Shown here in pieces: positions 61,215 through 64,000 of a DNA stretch of 64,000 nt. The position numbers and the translations under genes are program-made. The notes under the pieces are model-generated. The model was not told where the DNA came from. It did no database searches and was given only the letters and a program-made list of their open reading frames with translations. Source of the stretch: Bryobacterales bacterium (GTDB lineage Bacteria; Acidobacteriota; Terriglobia; Bryobacterales; UBA6623); NCBI GenBank assembly GCA_965205085.1, contig OZ242039.1, forward strand, positions 3,954,277 through 4,018,276, in the 5' to 3' direction. Every line of letters starts with the position of its first letter. The stretch's first letter is position 1.

Positions 61215-61772
61215 CGACCCCGCCCAGTGCGGCGACAGGCAGGGAGTGACCGCTTCGACGGCGGAGGAGCCCGTCGCCGTTGCCTGCTTCTGCGGAACGC
61301 TCGCTGCGATTCCAGACTCAAGGATCCTGCTCGCTACCTTGACAGTCCGTAAAGGTTGGTTGTCGTCCCGAAACGAGGGCACGCAACCGCCGAGAGGGTC
61401 TGTTCGGTGTGCTGCGACCGCCTCGAGGGTACAGTTCCCGGCATCTTGCTCCCTTCAAGCGTTTCATGCGGCGGGCGCTTCGAACCTGTGTCCTGCCCGC
61501 GCACGCCGGCCCCTGTCTTGCTCCGCGCACGCGATTCTTCTCATCCACCGCGACCGAGCTCCACCTCAGATTCGATTCCGGGCCACGCTCCCGGACATCC
61601 GGGCTCCCAGAGTACCCTCTCGGCGATTCTTGCGTTTCCTGATCCCCAGAAAACCGCCGGAGGGCCCGAAGCCTGCGGACGGCACTCTGGAAGAGGCGAT
61701 GCCCAGCGCTGGGCGAAAGGGAGGGCGGCCGCCGGGCTGGCGGCTCTGATACAATCCGTCGAGGTATTCTCC

Positions 61773-63131
61773 ATGCCAGCCAGAAGCACCCTGAATCGAC
61801 GGTATTTCCTGCAACGCGCGACGGCATCCGCTGCAATCGTGATGACCCCGGCCCGAGGGCAGGACGCCATATCCCGACGGAGGATTCTGGGATCCAACGA
61901 CCGCATCAATGTCGGGCAGATCGGTGTAGGGGGTCGGGGCGGGAGCCTGCAGCGACTGATGCTGGAAATGATCGAGGGGGGCCAGAACTTCAAGATCACC
62001 GCCGTCTGTGATGTCTACGAGAAGCGGCGTCGGCTGGCCCAGGAGAACAGCAAGGCGGAGTTCTCCACTCTGGATTACCGAGAGGTTCTTGCACGGCCCG
62101 ATGTGGATGCCGTGGTCATTGCGACTCCCGACCACTGGCATGGCACGATGGCGGTCGCGGCCATGGAGGCTGGCAAGGACGTCTATCTGGAGAAGCCGAT
62201 GACCCACACCATCGAGGAGGCCAAGGCGGTTGCCCGCAAGGTCAGGGAGACAGGGGCCGTACTCCAGGTCGGTTCGCAAACTACGTCCTCCGACCAGTGG
62301 TGGAAGGCTCGCAAGGCGATCCAGGACGGAATGATCGGCAAGTTGATCTCCAGTCAGGGCTCATACCACCGCAACTCGATGAGAGGCGAGTGGAACTGGA
62401 CTCCGGAAAGGGGGCGCGGGTGGGTGATCGAGCCCGATGCCGGCCCGCATGGCCAAGGCGTGAACTTCGTCGACTGGGACATGTGGCTGGGACCCGCCCA
62501 GAAACGAGAGTGGGACCCGCATCGCTTTTTCCGGTTCCGCAAGTACTGGGACTACTCTGGAGGCATTGCGACCGACCTGTTCTACCACGTTGTGGCACCG
62601 TTGAACATCTGCTGGGGTGAGGCCCAGTTCCCGTACCGTGTCACCGCGACGGGCGGAAAGTACGTGTTCAACGCCCCCGGCGACCGGGAAGTCCCGGACA
62701 CTTTCAACCTGCTGGCCGACTTTGCTCGGGGGCACTCGCTGATCCTGAGTTCGACCATGGCCAACTCGCGGCATATTCCGGGCCTGATCCGAGGCCACGA
62801 GGGAACGATCGTCATGGTGGAGCACGGCCGCTTCGAGGGAAGGACGGATTACATCACTGTCGAGTCCGAGCGAATCTTCCAGGATGCGTTCGTCAGCAAG
62901 TACGGAACGGAAAACGTACAGATCAAGGTGGAGGACCGCGGCCGTGACGCACACATGAAGAACTTCCTGGAGTGCATGCGGACGCGAGCCCGGCCGAACT
63001 TGGATGCGGACACGGCCTACCGGGCGCAAGTGACGATCTCGATGGGGGTCATGGCCCTGCGCCGAGGCAAGGTGCTGTACTTTGATCCGGACCTTGAGGA
63101 GATCACCGAGAGCGCTCCTCGACTGGGCTAG
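61773..63131 (+). CDS. Gfo/Idh/MocA family oxidoreductase with Tat signal
   Basis: [21 protein letters not shown] and [12 protein letters not shown] (Rossmann), with [12 protein letters not shown] and YLEKP. Confidence 0.88.
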   Translation: MPARSTLNRRYFLQRATASAAIVMTPARGQDAISRRRILGSNDRINVGQIGVGGRGGSLQRLMLEMIEGGQNFKITAVCDVYEKRRRLAQENSKAEFSTLDYREVLARPDVDAVVIATPDHWHGTMAVAAMEAGKDVYLEKPMTHTIEEAKAVARKVRETGAVLQVGSQTTSSDQWWKARKAIQDGMIGKLISSQGSYHRNSMRGEWNWTPERGRGWVIEPDAGPHGQGVNFVDWDMWLGPAQKREWDPHRFFRFRKYWDYSGGIATDLFYHVVAPLNICWGEAQFPYRVTATGGKYVFNAPGDREVPDTFNLLADFARGHSLILSSTMANSRHIPGLIRGHEGTIVMVEHGRFEGRTDYITVESERIFQDAFVSKYGTENVQIKVEDRGRDAHMKNFLECMRTRARPNLDADTAYRAQVTISMGVMALRRGKVLYFDPDLEEITESAPRLG

Positions 63132-63448
63132 GGATGCTGCGACAGTCCGGGTGTCATGCACTGCTCGAGGCAGCGCTAGCGCTGGGTGTGCTCGTTGCCG
63201 GCAGCGGCTGCGGGCCGTCCAAGGTGGTTGCAAGACATCCGAACGTCCTGCTGATCCTGGCCGATGACCTGGGATACGGCGACGTCAGCGCGTACAACGA
63301 CGAAGCGAGAGTCCGGACCGGCCACATCGATTCGCTGGCTCGGGGCGGTCTTCGCTTCACGGACGCCCATAGCCCGTCCACCGTGTGCACCCCCACCCGC
63401 TACGGGATCCTGACCGGTCGGATGCCGTTTCGCACGGGCATGTCCGGA

Positions 63449-63486
63449 GTCTTCACCGGGGTGGAAGGCCCGTGCCTGATCGACGC
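63449..63486 (+). repeat. Perfect 38-bp direct repeat, copy 1
   Basis: gtcttcaccggggtggaaggcccgtgcctgatcgacgc, identical to 63522-63559. Confidence 0.95.
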
Positions 63487-63521
63487 AGCTCGTGCGTTCC
63501 CTGTCTTGCCACTTCACAAAG

Positions 63522-63559
63522 GTCTTCACCGGGGTGGAAGGCCCGTGCCTGATCGACGC
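63522..63559 (+). repeat. Perfect 38-bp direct repeat, copy 2
   Basis: Identical to 63449-63486. The 35 nt between the copies (63487-63521) are unique. Confidence 0.95.
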
Positions 63560-64000
63560 TGCCAGGCTGACTCTGCCGCAGATGCTGCGGGAATCCGGCT
63601 ACGTAACGGCGATGGTTGGAAAGTGGCACCTCGGTATGACCTTTTCCGACGCCGCCGGCAGGCCCGTCTATAAACGCGAACTGCCGTCGGCCACACGCGA
63701 ACAGCGGGCCGCCGCAGGGGTCGAGCGAGTCCGGCTGGTCGATTTCAGCCGTCCAGTTCCCGATGGCCCGTTGCATCGCGGATTCGACTCGTTCTTCGGG
63801 ACGGTCGCCTGTCCCACTACGGACTGGCTGTATGCGTGGATCGAGGGCGACCGTATCCCAGTCGCTCCGGACACGCTCTTGGACAGGGAGCCGCTTCCCC
63901 AGCATCCCTATGCCAACGACAATCGCCGTGGCTGGATTGCATCGGACTACGACCTCGAGCGCGTCGACCTGCGGTTCCTTGCAAGGAGCGTTCAGTTTCT

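Larger units (their letters stand above)
63134..64000 (+). pseudogene. Arylsulfatase (formylglycine type), frame broken by a 73-bp insertion; 3' end outside the window
   Basis: Lipoprotein-like signal (LVAGSGC), then NVLLILADDLGYGDV and the CTPTR sulfatase motif. After GVFTGVEGPCLIDAAR the frame shifts. Removing 73 bp rejoins it to LTLPQMLRESGYVTAMVGKWHLG..., which stays open to base 64000. Confidence 0.8.

Noticed and set aside
63449-63559. A mini-CRISPR interpretation: a 38-nt repeat, a 35-nt spacer and a second 38-nt repeat.
   Set aside because: There are only two repeat copies. They lie inside and in frame with a sulfatase coding sequence (they encode VFTGVEGPCLIDA). There are no cas genes and no leader.

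Overview
The window is a visibly GC-rich bacterial chromosomal segment. Gene content points to an Acidobacteriota-like background: a TIGR03436-type VWA protein, DUF1549/DUF1553 plus DUF1501 proteins, and DUF1080. This is inference only, since no search was run. Most of it is ordinary housekeeping and metabolism: gltA, moeA-moaC, a four-gene polar amino-acid ABC operon, glgC, addB/addA-like genes, tkt, metX, tsaB, topA, a polyprenyl synthase, and several secreted enzymes. Three accessory or decaying patches stand out.

(1) 1.3-7.2 kb. A 1459-aa surface-lipoprotein gene has a G10 homopolymer in its signal-peptide codons, seven tandem ~60-aa repeats and two TbpB/HpuA-like beta-barrel modules. Its NNG codon bias is extreme and mosaic. 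It abuts a degenerate IS30-family element whose inverted repeats are readable.

(2) 28.2-30.4 kb. This patch holds a solo IS30 end, an Rpn/YhgA-like nuclease gene broken by one in-frame TAA, and unassigned DNA.

(3) 36.7-39.6 kb. A decayed type I restriction-modification locus has an hsdM relic with NPPF changed to DQPG and a degenerate hsdS. It still carries an apparently intact HI0074-type HEPN gene and an MNT nucleotidyltransferase. The MNT reading frame runs without a stop into hsdS.

Other notable points are a tRNA-His with no encoded G-1 (G1:U72, A73) and a sulfatase gene interrupted by 73 bp bounded by perfect 38-bp direct repeats. All functional calls rest on motifs read by eye from the translations. 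No database search was possible.
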